Origin: Dehalococcoidia bacterium
Lineage (GTDB): Bacteria > Chloroflexota > Dehalococcoidia > Plut-88900
NCBI GenBank assembly: GCA_965207225.1
Contig: CBDBLV010000005.1
Span: 1,824,001 to 1,888,000 of the forward strand
Direction: 5' to 3'
Length of the DNA: 64,000 nucleotides
Shown piece after piece: positions 1 through 9,589 of this stretch. The number at the start of each line of letters is the position of its first letter. Position 1 is the first letter of the stretch. A model generated the notes under the pieces. The model did no database searches. It saw only the letters and a list, made by a program, of their open reading frames with translations, and was not told the DNA's origin. A program made the translations under genes and the position numbers.

Positions 1-491
1 GCTTCGTGGATCTTCGTGCAGGTCTCTACGAGGATTACATCGACTCCTGCCCCTGCCAGCACCCTAGCCTGGTCACAGTAGTCGGCCAGGCACTTTTCGT
101 AGGGGTGTACGGCTTCAGGGGTATAGGACTGGCTGAGAGGGCCGAGGGAGCCGGCGACGACGATTTCTCGATCGGGGAAGCCGGAACGGGCATCCACGGC
201 GGCTTTGGCAGCCAACTCGTTAATGCGCACCATCCCGGACTCGTCCCAGCCGATACGCGCTAATTTGCCCGAATTACAGATGTAGGTGTTGGTGATGATT
301 ACCTCTGCGCCGGCTCTAATGAAATCTTCGTGGATCTCTTGAATCGCATCCGGCGAGTCCATCATGGCTGCAACAGAGAGCTCCGAAGAACCGGCCGCGA
401 TGCCCCGACGCTTGATCTCTGTGCCCATGCCGCCATCCAGGATGACACATTCGCCACGGGACAGCTTAGCGGCCGCTGTGGTCAGCACCAT
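1..491 (-). CDS. Homocysteine S-methyltransferase family protein (runs off window start)
   Basis: Not in the ORF track; manual translation from ATG 491 gives MVLTTAAAKLSRGECVILDGGMGTEIKRRG...IHEDFIRAGAEVIITNTY...VAGSLGP...GVDVILVET, matching the LDGGMGT, GA-x-I-I-T-N-T and AGS-x-GP motifs of the family. Confidence 0.9.
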   Translation of the reverse strand, partial: MVLTTAAAKLSRGECVILDGGMGTEIKRRGIAAGSSELSVAAMMDSPDAIQEIHEDFIRAGAEVIITNTYICNSGKLARIGWDESGMVRINELAAKAAVDARSGFPDREIVVAGSLGPLSQSYTPEAVHPYEKCLADYCDQARVLAGAGVDVILVETCTKIHE

Positions 492-506
492 ATCGCCCCC
501 GCTGCC

Positions 507-1202
507 CTAAGACCTCATTTCCTCCAGGACGCTTCTGACACCCTTTTGCAGGTCTTCGAAGACCTCCAGAACGCTGCGACGAGCGTCAATGGTCTCGAAG
601 CCGTATTGGTCGGCGAGGCTGCGGAATTCTTTGATAAGGGCGCCCTGATACCGGACAAAGCTCGCATACCTATCAGGCTCTCTCAGGAAGTCTTCCCCCG
701 ACTCCCAGTGGTCCAGTTCACGGTTAGCCATGACGCGGGGCAAAAGGTGCTCCACATCTACGTCAAGGAAGTAGATCTGATCAGGGACCATGGCGAATTC
801 CAGGACGTCATCGAGCCATTGCGCTGGAACGCCCCGGACGCGGGACCTTGCCATGATAGAGAAGATGTACCTATCGCCAAGGATGACCATTCCGGCTTCC
901 AGAGCGGGAATAATGCTCCTCTCCATTCGGTCCCAGAAGTCGGTGGCGTAGAAGAGGTTCAGGGTGAGGTGGTCAAGTATGTGCCCGCGCTTGGCACGGT
1001 CTATGCCGCTGCCAGTTAGGTCTGAGCGCCGAAAGCCGGTATCGGAGACTGCGAAGCCCTCGGTTTCCAGCCACTCTTTGAGCAGGCCTATCTGGGTGGA
1101 CCTGCCGACGCCGTCCGTGCCCTCGATGACGATGAGCCGGCCAGGAAGAGGCTTGTCTCCCAGGTTGAGCGGAGTGTGACCGTAGAACTTTGGAGTCTTC
1201 AT
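507..1202 (-). CDS. Thymidylate kinase-like protein, second of a tandem pair, with variant P-loop
   Basis: GRLIVIEGTDGVGRSTQ (Walker A Lys replaced by Arg), GDRYIFS motif. Confidence 0.85.
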   Translation of the reverse strand: MKTPKFYGHTPLNLGDKPLPGRLIVIEGTDGVGRSTQIGLLKEWLETEGFAVSDTGFRRSDLTGSGIDRAKRGHILDHLTLNLFYATDFWDRMERSIIPALEAGMVILGDRYIFSIMARSRVRGVPAQWLDDVLEFAMVPDQIYFLDVDVEHLLPRVMANRELDHWESGEDFLREPDRYASFVRYQGALIKEFRSLADQYGFETIDARRSVLEVFEDLQKGVRSVLEEMRS

Positions 1203-1258
1203 AATCTAGTCCTGATGCTGGTTGGTAGAGACGGCAACCGTGATACCAGACCGACGAC

Positions 1259-2083
1259 CTATCCCTCAGTGAGAATGGGGTCGGTCAGACGTCGATATCC
1301 TGCCGGCGGGAGGTACCGACCACTCAGGCCGGTGCTTGATAAGGCGTCGGGGACCGTGTGGTTGTCGAACTGCATGATGCCGGGGAGCAACGGTTCGACG
1401 TATTCCCGCACCTTCTGCTGCTGGACGGCTATGGTCTCGGTCGCGTCTATCTTTATGAGGCCATATTCCTCGGTCAGCCTGTCATACTCCTCCAAGAGGC
1501 GTCCCTGGAACATGCGGAACGATTCCTCCCGGCTGGAGGTCAGGCCCAGGTCCGAACCTGATTCGTAGTAGCCCAGCTGGTCTCTGCCCGTGACGATTCT
1601 CCGGATAGATTCATCCAGCGGGACCTTGAAATAGAAGGCCAGTGAAGGCTTGATTGCAAAAGAATAAACTCGACGTAACCAATCACGATTAACGCCCCGT
1701 GCGGTATCACGGGCCAGAGCTGTATAGACATAACGGTCAGCAAGCACTATGGTGCCCGACTTCAGAGCGGGTATGACCTGCGTATACACGCGGTTGGCAA
1801 AATCAGCAGCGTGGATCAGGCTGAAGGACATGGGGGTGAGCTTTTTTTCCTGCTTGCCGCGTTTAGTAGTCCTCTTGACTATGGGCGAAGAGTTCCATTC
1901 GGTGAAAACCGTGACGTAACCGAGCCGCTTCAGCCACTTGCCAAGCAGGTCAATTTGAGTGCTCTTGCCGGAGCCGTCGATTCCCTCCACGATTATGAGT
2001 CGGCCCGGATATTTACCATCTTGCGGGTGGCTGCCATAGCGCTGGCCCATTTGGAAGCTAGCGTTGAGGTTGTTCTCCGTCAT
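1259..2083 (-). CDS. Thymidylate kinase-like protein, first of a tandem pair
   Basis: GRLIIVEGIDGSGKSTQ P-loop, ADRYVYT motif; ATGA overlap with the upstream ppx stop at 2080-2083. Confidence 0.88.
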   Translation of the reverse strand: MTENNLNASFQMGQRYGSHPQDGKYPGRLIIVEGIDGSGKSTQIDLLGKWLKRLGYVTVFTEWNSSPIVKRTTKRGKQEKKLTPMSFSLIHAADFANRVYTQVIPALKSGTIVLADRYVYTALARDTARGVNRDWLRRVYSFAIKPSLAFYFKVPLDESIRRIVTGRDQLGYYESGSDLGLTSSREESFRMFQGRLLEEYDRLTEEYGLIKIDATETIAVQQQKVREYVEPLLPGIMQFDNHTVPDALSSTGLSGRYLPPAGYRRLTDPILTEG

Positions 2084-3705
2084 TTCTTACCTCTTACAAT
2101 GCGCAAAGGCTCATTAAACTCTTTTTCCCAACGTTCATGCAGATGCGGAGCCGAGGCACGGGCCCAGGCTGGCGTCGCTATGGTAAATACCGCACCTGCC
2201 GCGTTGTTGGCGTCGGGCTGCTCCTGCGAGATGGTAACACACTCCGGAGGATATTCAGGGGCCAAACGACGCTCAATTTCATCTGTGGCCAAAAGGATGG
2301 CGGCAGCCTGCCCCAAGAACCGCTTGTCCGTGGCGGTGAGAACGGCGGAATCCAGGAATGGTTCGACGAGGGCTTCGTCTCCGGCGGCTAGCAGGATAGC
2401 GGCGATCTGGGCGCACTCCCTGTGAGTGAACGCGGGCAAGTCGGAGCGGGTGACGAGGGCAGCGGCCCTGTCGTAGCGGTTGTAGAAATCTATTGAACTG
2501 CCAACGTCCAGGAGGAGAGCTGCGCAACCCAGCGATGAAGTCAGAGTTGAATGTCGGCCGCCCCACACCGCCACGGCGATGCGTTCGGCGATGTCTGCCC
2601 GACGTGGCCCGCGTCCCGAAAATCGAGGAGCAAACCGACGCAGAAGATCGGCAAGGCCGTCGGAACGGACTTTCGAGCGCTTAGGAAGAGTGACAATTTT
2701 TTTCTTCCCTATAGGGCCGGGGTGTCGGGCCAGACCCTCCCGTAATCCCTGCCCTGACACTATAAACTTCTTCGCCCCCGTGTAGGCGAGAAGTGCATGT
2801 GCAATCACCACGCCACCCACTATGGAATGGGTACGGTCGGGGTTCATGCCGGGTATGAGAGCTCTCTCCTCCCGTGTTGCTGATGCCAACATATCCATCA
2901 GAATAGAGAGTCCATCTGCGGTGATGCTATAGCCATGCATCTTGGGAACGGGATGGTTAGTGCGGCGTCTGTCCAGTTTTGCCAGGAGCCGAATCGAACC
3001 TCCTGAACCAACCAGGAAACCTTTCTTGTCAAGCGGAGGTATGTCAGCCTCGGCCAGAAGATTTACGGTGTGCTCAGAGGCTGCTTTGAGATCCTTCGGC
3101 GAAGGTTTGTCCGTAAGCTGGAACTGGTTGGCAATGCGCAGGCTGCCAATGCGCAGGGATTCGAGGCTTTTGATGGAGCGGCGGGCAAATCGCACTATCT
3201 CCGTGCTGCCTCCCCCCAGGTCTGCGAGAAGGCCTCGGGCCACGGGTAGGCCGTGAATAGCTCCGATGAAGCAATAGGTGGCTTCCTCGTATCCATCAAT
3301 GATCCTGAAATCTATCCCGTATCTTTTGCTGGCCTGAGAGGTAACGTCTAACGCGTTCAGGGACTCTCGCAAGGCAGCGGTGCCTACGGCGTTGACTTCC
3401 TTGATGCCGTATCCGGCGCAGACCTGTGCGAAATCCTCAATGGCGCCTGACAGGCCAGCGACTCCCTCGGGGTCCAACATCTCATCAGCGTCGACGTGGG
3501 ACATCAAGTTGAGATTGAGGACCTGTTGGGCCACGGGTTCGACTCCGCCCCCGGGGTTGAGGTGAATTATTTCGGCACGGGCGGAGCCGGAGCCAATATC
3601 AATTACTGCCGTAAGGGAGCCTGAATTAGAAGGCTCGATTGCGTGATCGACTCTTGAAGGAACGGAATCCGATCGGGGCGGCGATGCGTAGGGTAGGGGA
3701 CTCAA
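2080..3705 (-). CDS. ppx: Ppx/GppA family exopolyphosphatase with degenerate C-terminal HD-like domain (start uncertain; TTG 3705 chosen)
   Basis: AVIDIGSGS, GTAALRE, EEA, DLGGGSTE, GSGGSIR and GLREG ASKHA motifs; HD position reads AALLLDVG. Confidence 0.88.
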   Translation of the reverse strand: MSPLPYASPPRSDSVPSRVDHAIEPSNSGSLTAVIDIGSGSARAEIIHLNPGGGVEPVAQQVLNLNLMSHVDADEMLDPEGVAGLSGAIEDFAQVCAGYGIKEVNAVGTAALRESLNALDVTSQASKRYGIDFRIIDGYEEATYCFIGAIHGLPVARGLLADLGGGSTEIVRFARRSIKSLESLRIGSLRIANQFQLTDKPSPKDLKAASEHTVNLLAEADIPPLDKKGFLVGSGGSIRLLAKLDRRRTNHPVPKMHGYSITADGLSILMDMLASATREERALIPGMNPDRTHSIVGGVVIAHALLAYTGAKKFIVSGQGLREGLARHPGPIGKKKIVTLPKRSKVRSDGLADLLRRFAPRFSGRGPRRADIAERIAVAVWGGRHSTLTSSLGCAALLLDVGSSIDFYNRYDRAAALVTRSDLPAFTHRECAQIAAILLAAGDEALVEPFLDSAVLTATDKRFLGQAAAILLATDEIERRLAPEYPPECVTISQEQPDANNAAGAVFTIATPAWARASAPHLHERWEKEFNEPLRIVRGKK

Positions 3706-3927
3706 AACCTGGCTGTTATTGTGGATGGTCCTGTGGTGAGAGGTCGGTGTGCAGATATGTAAAGGGGTATAGCAATCTCGGATTAATGATAGTACAGAGG
3801 CTTTGTGGGCCGCAATGAGGCGATGGCAGGCACAGAGATAGGGCAGTGGGCTTGTGACTCTTTCGGTGGGCCGGAGACGGAGTGCAAAAGAAGTTGCCGC
3901 ATGATATAACAGCACTATTCCCCTGGC

Positions 3928-6900
3928 TTGTATGTAATGCCTTCTGTGTACTGCTTTCGAAGCATTCTAATCCTTTTTGGTATGATATCGTTATTCGGCG
4001 TATTGGGGCCTTGGCATTCATCGGCCATATCAGCACAAGCGGAGGAAGGCGCTTGGGCGACGATAGAGGTGACGGGAATCACCAAGGGTTCAGCTACCGT
4101 AACGGTGTCACTTAGTGAGGGAGCTAGCGGACAAAGTCTTCACCTTCATTTTCGTACGACTCCTGACGGGCCTTGGATAGGTAATGACGAGATCCGGTTT
4201 ACCGGTGGAGTGGCCGAGGTCATATTGTCCAAATTGCTACCAGGGACTGAGTACGAGGTCGAAGTGTCCCGCGAGAGCATGTTCCTGCCGGAAGAGAGTT
4301 TGTCCAAGGCATTTGCCACTCTACCGCCCGATCCCTTTGTATCACGGGTGGACGTGGAGGGCATCACGAATTCTGAGGCGGTGCTAGTGGTGACGATTGC
4401 TCATCCAGGTTCCGCAACCAACACAGTGTACGTTCAATACCGTGCAGACGATGGCCAAGTTTGGAGCAAACTGCCAGGATTTGAGGCGAACAGTGCGGGC
4501 ATCGGGAGGGTGAAGCTGTCCAATCTTACTCCTGGAACAGGCTACGAGGTGGAAGCCTCCCTGGGAGATAAATTCATAGCCGAAGAGACTGAGCCTGCTT
4601 CTTTCAAGACCCTTTTGCCCAGGGTTGGAGATGTTACTGTTCGCGGTATATCCACTTCTCGGGCGACGATTGATGTCACTGTCTTGGAGCCGGGACAGGG
4701 GACTCAGACAGTCCACCTTCGTTACAGGACAAATTCTGAACGCCAGAGTCCGTGGAATACCGAGCTAGCCGTGTCAACGGTCGGAGATTCGACCAGCTTT
4801 GAATTGACGAACCTGGCGCCGGGTGTCTGTTACGAGGTGCAAGCATCGCTGGATAAAGATTTTATGCATGGGGTTGTAGCTTTGACTTTTTCCACCGCCC
4901 CATTGCCCAGTCTTGGCGCTGTGAATGTAGTCAGTGTTTCGGAGAGGTCAGCGCGCATTGAGGTGACCGTTCTTGACTCCGGCGGGGGCGGAGTCGGGGT
5001 GTATTTGAGGTACCGCGACTCTCAAACCCGAACATGGAGCGCAGCGCTACACACAGTTTCTTTCGATGACAGGGTGGAATTCGAAGTGTCGGGACTCGAA
5101 CCGGAAACCGAGTACGAGGTGGAGTCTTCGCTTGACCCGGATTTCGAGGCTGCTCTGATGCAAACTTTTGTCACCGAGAAAGAGGTAACTAGGGTGGCTG
5201 CGGTTACACTGGGGAGGGTGACGCGTTCTTCAGCAGAACTCACCGTGGAACTTGCGAATACCAGGGGAAGAAGTACGGTTTATGTTCGGTATAGGTCACT
5301 GGAAGTGTCGGACTGGGAGCCGTTTAGGACGGTTAGCAATTCCTCGGGGGTTGGGCGGTTAGTCCTGAATAACCTTGAACCCGGCACTCTGTATGAAGTC
5401 GAGGCTTCACTGGAGCCAGATTTTTTGTGGCCTGGGACCTTCTACGCTAACTTTACGACAGAGCGAGGGGCCCGACTTTCTGCGATTCGCCTCGAAAACG
5501 TAACGGACACTAGAGCCGCTGCAGTTGCAACGGTGGAGAGGGTGGAGGGCAGCACTCCCGTTCATTTGCGCTACCGCACCTATGGGGCTGGAAACTGGAG
5601 TGACCGTTTGACCAGAAACACCGCCAGTCCAACTGTAAGCTTCAGCCTGACAGAATTGCTTCCGGGTACCGCATACGAGATTGAGGCGTCCTTAGATTTG
5701 AATTTTCCGCCCTCGAAGACTATGTACCAGACCTTTGAGACCGACCCCGCGCCTGAGATTTCGAGCCTTAGAGTCAGTGATATTGCTGAAAGCGGGGCGA
5801 GGGTGTTGGTGAATATTTCAAGGCCTCAGCCACGCATGACGATATATTTGCGTTACCGCACTGAGAAGGACGTGGCGTGGAGTCGAACTATTTCAAAGGC
5901 CGCCTCTTCCAGGAGTGCCAGCATCCTGTTTGAGCGGCTAATGCCGGAAACCAACTATGAAGTCCAAGTCTCCCTTGACACCGACTTTCAGGAGGCGAAA
6001 ACGGCTTTCTTCACCACAGAGAAAAGAGAGCCGAGCGTTTCAGGGATGGAGGTGGAAGATATCGCCGAAACAAGCGCTACGATAAGCCTTTCCATCTCTG
6101 ACTCGCCGGGCAGCGTGACTGTGTATCTGCGGTACAGGAAAGTGGGATCATCGCGATGGATCAAGCCGGCATCACGTACAGCGACCACATCCAACATTAC
6201 ATTTGAGTTGGACTACCTGACGGAAAACACATCCTATGAAATCGAAGCCTCGTTGGAGGGTAATTTTCCAGTTGGGAGCAGGGTCCAGGATACATTTACG
6301 ACCAGGGCGACGCCGCGGGTGAGTGATGTTCTGGTGGAAGAGGTGACCGAGACGGATGCCTGGCTATCAATAGGATTGTCGGGTTCCTCCGGTACGAATG
6401 AGGCATTGCATATCCGCTATCGGGAGTTGCCTGATGGGGAATGGCAAGGGGGTCGGATTCAGGTGGAAGATGCGGAAACGATGGTCCTGATTTCGAATCT
6501 TTTGCCCGACACGGAATACGAAATAGAAACTTCAGTTGGTGAGGCTTTCAACAAGGCTCATACCAAGTCCAAGAAATTCAAGACCATAGCCCGGGAACCG
6601 GCTGTCGTACCGACTGCCAGACCTTCGGTCTCCACTGCTGACGCCGCGCCGCGAGAATTCTCTTTTGCTATGCCTGAAAACACTTCCAGTCCGGACGGGG
6701 GCCGACTGAGTATTTGGAGCTCAACGCCGTCCGCAGGTATGGAAGTGGCCATCGAAGAGGACCTCGCATGGCTCTTCGTGGAGCCTGAAGCAGGAATGGC
6801 CGTTAAGCCCGGGGAACTCCTGATTGTAGAGTTGAGGGTGGATGCCTCGGGGCTGGGGGCTGGGGTCTACACCGGGGAAATCGAGATTATTGGAAATGCC

Positions 6901-7338
6901 GATAACCTGCCGCTACGCATTCCCATAACTCTTACCATAGCAAGCCCGACTCCCACATCGGAACCCTTCATTGGGCCAACACCCACGCCGGTCTCGACTC
7001 CCTTACCACGGCCGACCTTTATGCCAGAACCCACACCCCTTCCGATTGCGACTCCGACTTCCGCACCCCTAGAAAGCCCCTCGCCATCTCCAAGCTCCGT
7101 ACCGGCACCTGGGGAACTATCCACGCCGACCATGTTGCCTGTTCCTACCATTCCTCTAGATGATCAACCGGCCTCAGAAGCTACACCATCGCCATTGCCA
7201 ACGCCCACTCCTACGCCGGCGGTGATAATGGAGGGGGATGACGGATTGCCAGCCTTCACAATTTCAATGCTCGTACTGGCGGCTGTCTGTACTTTGGTCG
7301 TTGGATTTTTTGTTATTCGCCGTTCGGTGAGTAAGTAG
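3928..7338 (+). CDS. Membrane-anchored surface protein: signal region, nine FN3-like repeats, BACON-like domain, Pro/Thr linker, C-terminal TM helix
   Basis: Nine ~95-aa units with VxLRYR...W...L-x-P-x-T-x-YEVEASLD...F-x-T; WLFVEP...VDASGLGAGVYTGEI segment; PT-rich stalk; hydrophobic tail followed by RRSVSK. Confidence 0.85.
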   Translation: MYVMPSVYCFRSILILFGMISLFGVLGPWHSSAISAQAEEGAWATIEVTGITKGSATVTVSLSEGASGQSLHLHFRTTPDGPWIGNDEIRFTGGVAEVILSKLLPGTEYEVEVSRESMFLPEESLSKAFATLPPDPFVSRVDVEGITNSEAVLVVTIAHPGSATNTVYVQYRADDGQVWSKLPGFEANSAGIGRVKLSNLTPGTGYEVEASLGDKFIAEETEPASFKTLLPRVGDVTVRGISTSRATIDVTVLEPGQGTQTVHLRYRTNSERQSPWNTELAVSTVGDSTSFELTNLAPGVCYEVQASLDKDFMHGVVALTFSTAPLPSLGAVNVVSVSERSARIEVTVLDSGGGGVGVYLRYRDSQTRTWSAALHTVSFDDRVEFEVSGLEPETEYEVESSLDPDFEAALMQTFVTEKEVTRVAAVTLGRVTRSSAELTVELANTRGRSTVYVRYRSLEVSDWEPFRTVSNSSGVGRLVLNNLEPGTLYEVEASLEPDFLWPGTFYANFTTERGARLSAIRLENVTDTRAAAVATVERVEGSTPVHLRYRTYGAGNWSDRLTRNTASPTVSFSLTELLPGTAYEIEASLDLNFPPSKTMYQTFETDPAPEISSLRVSDIAESGARVLVNISRPQPRMTIYLRYRTEKDVAWSRTISKAASSRSASILFERLMPETNYEVQVSLDTDFQEAKTAFFTTEKREPSVSGMEVEDIAETSATISLSISDSPGSVTVYLRYRKVGSSRWIKPASRTATTSNITFELDYLTENTSYEIEASLEGNFPVGSRVQDTFTTRATPRVSDVLVEEVTETDAWLSIGLSGSSGTNEALHIRYRELPDGEWQGGRIQVEDAETMVLISNLLPDTEYEIETSVGEAFNKAHTKSKKFKTIAREPAVVPTARPSVSTADAAPREFSFAMPENTSSPDGGRLSIWSSTPSAGMEVAIEEDLAWLFVEPEAGMAVKPGELLIVELRVDASGLGAGVYTGEIEIIGNADNLPLRIPITLTIASPTPTSEPFIGPTPTPVSTPLPRPTFMPEPTPLPIATPTSAPLESPSPSPSSVPAPGELSTPTMLPVPTIPLDDQPASEATPSPLPTPTPTPAVIMEGDDGLPAFTISMLVLAAVCTLVVGFFVIRRSVSK

Positions 7339-7413
7339 GAGAGCACGATATCGACAACTTCGAATGTGCTAACCTGTCGGGAGCCGAAATAGCCTGGAAG
7401 CTCCCTGGTTAGC

Positions 7414-7656
7414 ATGGACAACGTAGAGACTCTTGCCCGAAAGCTCATATCCATCGATTCCCAAAGTCACGTTAGCAACACACCGCTTGCCGAGTTCGTT
7501 GCAGAATACCTGGAACCATTTGCTAACGAGATAGAGCGGATTGAATACACGGACGAGGGCGGGCGTAGGAAAGTATCGCTGGTGGCCCTGGTGGGTAAGG
7601 GAACCGGAGGCCTGGCCCTTTCTGCGCACATGGATACGGTGCCGGGGCTCGGATGG
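7414..7656 (+). pseudogene. argE: 5' fragment of an M20-family acetylornithine deacetylase (ArgE/DapE-like), truncated by IS1182
   Basis: LARKLISIDSQS...SN...LALSAHMDTVPG (first metal-binding His motif); similarity stops at the IS inverted repeat at 7657. Confidence 0.8.
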
Positions 7657-9387
7657 AGGCTGTCCCATAAGTGGGAAGTGACGGATAGCGCCCCGGCAGC
7701 TGTTCCGACGCGACATCTACGAAGAGATGAAGATGCCGCTTAGACCAGGGTTCGCTTTTACGACCCCAGCCGGGAAGTGATAGGGGAATGCTGGATTGAA
7801 GGGTGAGAGTTGTGTAGTAGCGGCAGTTGCTGTGAGAGAGTGGGGAGAGGCACTAGGCCGCGGATACTTGAGTGGAGGGGTCGGCTCCGGGTCTCCACGC
7901 CTTCCAGATAGTGCGGAGGTTGAAGGCGATGGCAAGCACCGTCCATTCGGCCTTCACGTTGGCAAGGCCACGCAACAGGAACCTCCGAGCCCTCAGTTGT
8001 TCCTTAAAGATCCCGAAGACCGGTTCGACCAGGTACTTCCTCCGTTTGTAGGCCGTCGTGGCTGCCTCGGTAGACATCCATTCTCTGTGAGCGCGCAGTA
8101 CATGGTCGCGTGCCCCGATTTCTAGCTTGCGTCCCCGTGGGTAATCCTTGGTGCAGACCCCAAATGCGGGGCAACTGCGGCAGGCCGAGGCAGAGGCTGC
8201 TCGGTATACCCGGACCGGCGTTCCGGCGTTTGTGGACGAGCTGGAGAAGCGCAATATCTTTCCATGAGGACAGACGTACCTGTCGTTGCCCTCGTCATAG
8301 GTGAATCGGTCCTTGTGATAGGGATTGTCCAGTGGTCGGGCCATATCCGGCATTGCCACTTGCTGACCTTTACGGTGACTCGCCTCCAGGTTCCGGCCTC
8401 CACAATAACCGGCGTCTGCCAACGTCAACGGAGTCCTGGTTCCTGTAACACCCTCTGCCTGTTCCATCATCGGGGTCAACTGGAGGGCGTCATTGACTTG
8501 GTCCACAACGTCTACGGCGGTCAGCAGCATGCCGGTCGTCTGTCCGCCTGGTGCCAGCGGTGACACCATAGCTTGGGCGTTGTAGCTGGGCATGAAGCCC
8601 TGACGGGTCCTCATGAGTTTTGCATCCCGATCGGTGAGGTTGATGCGCTTGCGATTCCGCTCAGAAGCCAACTCGTCCATCGCATGACGAATCTGCTCCC
8701 TCAGCGTTTGCTTGTTGGCTAATTCTTCCGGCAGATGTAATGCGGGGGTATCCTCACCTGCTTCGTTCTGAGCTTCAAGGTCGGAGATCGCCTTCTCCAC
8801 CCTGTTCAATAACCGACCCAACTCCCCCGCATCGTAGGTCCTATCTCTTGCCGCATTGGCCCCCACCTTAGTTCCGTCAACCGCCTGCACCGCCAGATCC
8901 ACCAGCTTCATCGTCACCGCCGTGCGCACAGTGCGCTCGAACAGCTTCCTCATGGACTGCCTGTGTTCCTTGTAGAACCGCCACAAGGTGTTGTGGTCAG
9001 GATGCTGCCAGCCGGTCAGCCACAGATACGGTATCTGGTCCCGGCAGGCCGCCTCCAACTTGCGGCAGGAGCGCACCCCGGTCATGAAACCGTACAGCCA
9101 CACGCTCAACAAAGCGCGGGGATGGTAGGCCGGCGCTCCCATCGGGTCGCCGTCTATCTCCACGCCGAGTTCAGCCCAGCCTTCCCTATCCAGTGCGTCC
9201 ACAAACTCGGCCACGAATCGGGCTGGATGGTCTAACGGCAACAGATCGTCAAGAGTCGGGGGCAACAGCCACATCTGTTCTCGGTCCATATCTCGAAGCG
9301 GCATCTCCATCTCTCCTTCGTCGATGTCGCTTCAAAGGTACACCTAACAAGGTTCCATTCACCACTCCCCAACTTCTGAGACAGGCT
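7657..9387 (-). mobile_element. IS1182-family insertion sequence
   Basis: Imperfect terminal inverted repeats AGGCTGTCCCATAAGTGGG (7657) and reverse complement AGCCTGTCTCAGAAGTTGG (ending 9387), 15/19 identical, enclosing the transposase; no clear target duplication. Confidence 0.85.
7853..9310 (-). CDS. IS1182-family DDE transposase
   Basis: LLPPTLDDLLPLDHPAR, YHPRALLSVWLYG, PDHNTL, AVDGTK, ADAGY, Cys-rich insert, VEPVFG. Confidence 0.95.
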   Translation of the reverse strand: MEMPLRDMDREQMWLLPPTLDDLLPLDHPARFVAEFVDALDREGWAELGVEIDGDPMGAPAYHPRALLSVWLYGFMTGVRSCRKLEAACRDQIPYLWLTGWQHPDHNTLWRFYKEHRQSMRKLFERTVRTAVTMKLVDLAVQAVDGTKVGANAARDRTYDAGELGRLLNRVEKAISDLEAQNEAGEDTPALHLPEELANKQTLREQIRHAMDELASERNRKRINLTDRDAKLMRTRQGFMPSYNAQAMVSPLAPGGQTTGMLLTAVDVVDQVNDALQLTPMMEQAEGVTGTRTPLTLADAGYCGGRNLEASHRKGQQVAMPDMARPLDNPYHKDRFTYDEGNDRYVCPHGKILRFSSSSTNAGTPVRVYRAASASACRSCPAFGVCTKDYPRGRKLEIGARDHVLRAHREWMSTEAATTAYKRRKYLVEPVFGIFKEQLRARRFLLRGLANVKAEWTVLAIAFNLRTIWKAWRPGADPSTQVSAA

Positions 9388-9589
9388 GGCCTGTCGCCTC
9401 GGCCGGTTCGACATGTCTGCGGGATGGCTGGCACGCGGCTACACCGCAGCTACGACACGCGCCGGATGCTCCTATAGATGTTGTTAGTGCTAACTCTAAA
9501 CTGACCCAGTAGCGCTAATTTGGAATTGACCCACCCCGATAGCGGACGCATCTTCGTCGGGAAACCGATTAGGAGGTGCAGCAAGTCAA

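Noticed and set aside
6-1019. + strand ORFs 6-263 and 330-1019
   Set aside because: Antisense shadows of the methyltransferase and thymidylate-kinase-like genes, which carry clear motifs.
3706-3915. N-terminal 70 aa of the 611-aa ppx ORF in the track
   Set aside because: No Ppx similarity, and it would fill the divergent promoter region; the start is probably near 3705 or later.
9286-9302. CCATATCTCGAAGCGG resembling the left arm of the att-like scars
   Set aside because: Lies in the first codons of the IS1182 transposase and lacks the ACC..CCACCA half; likely chance.
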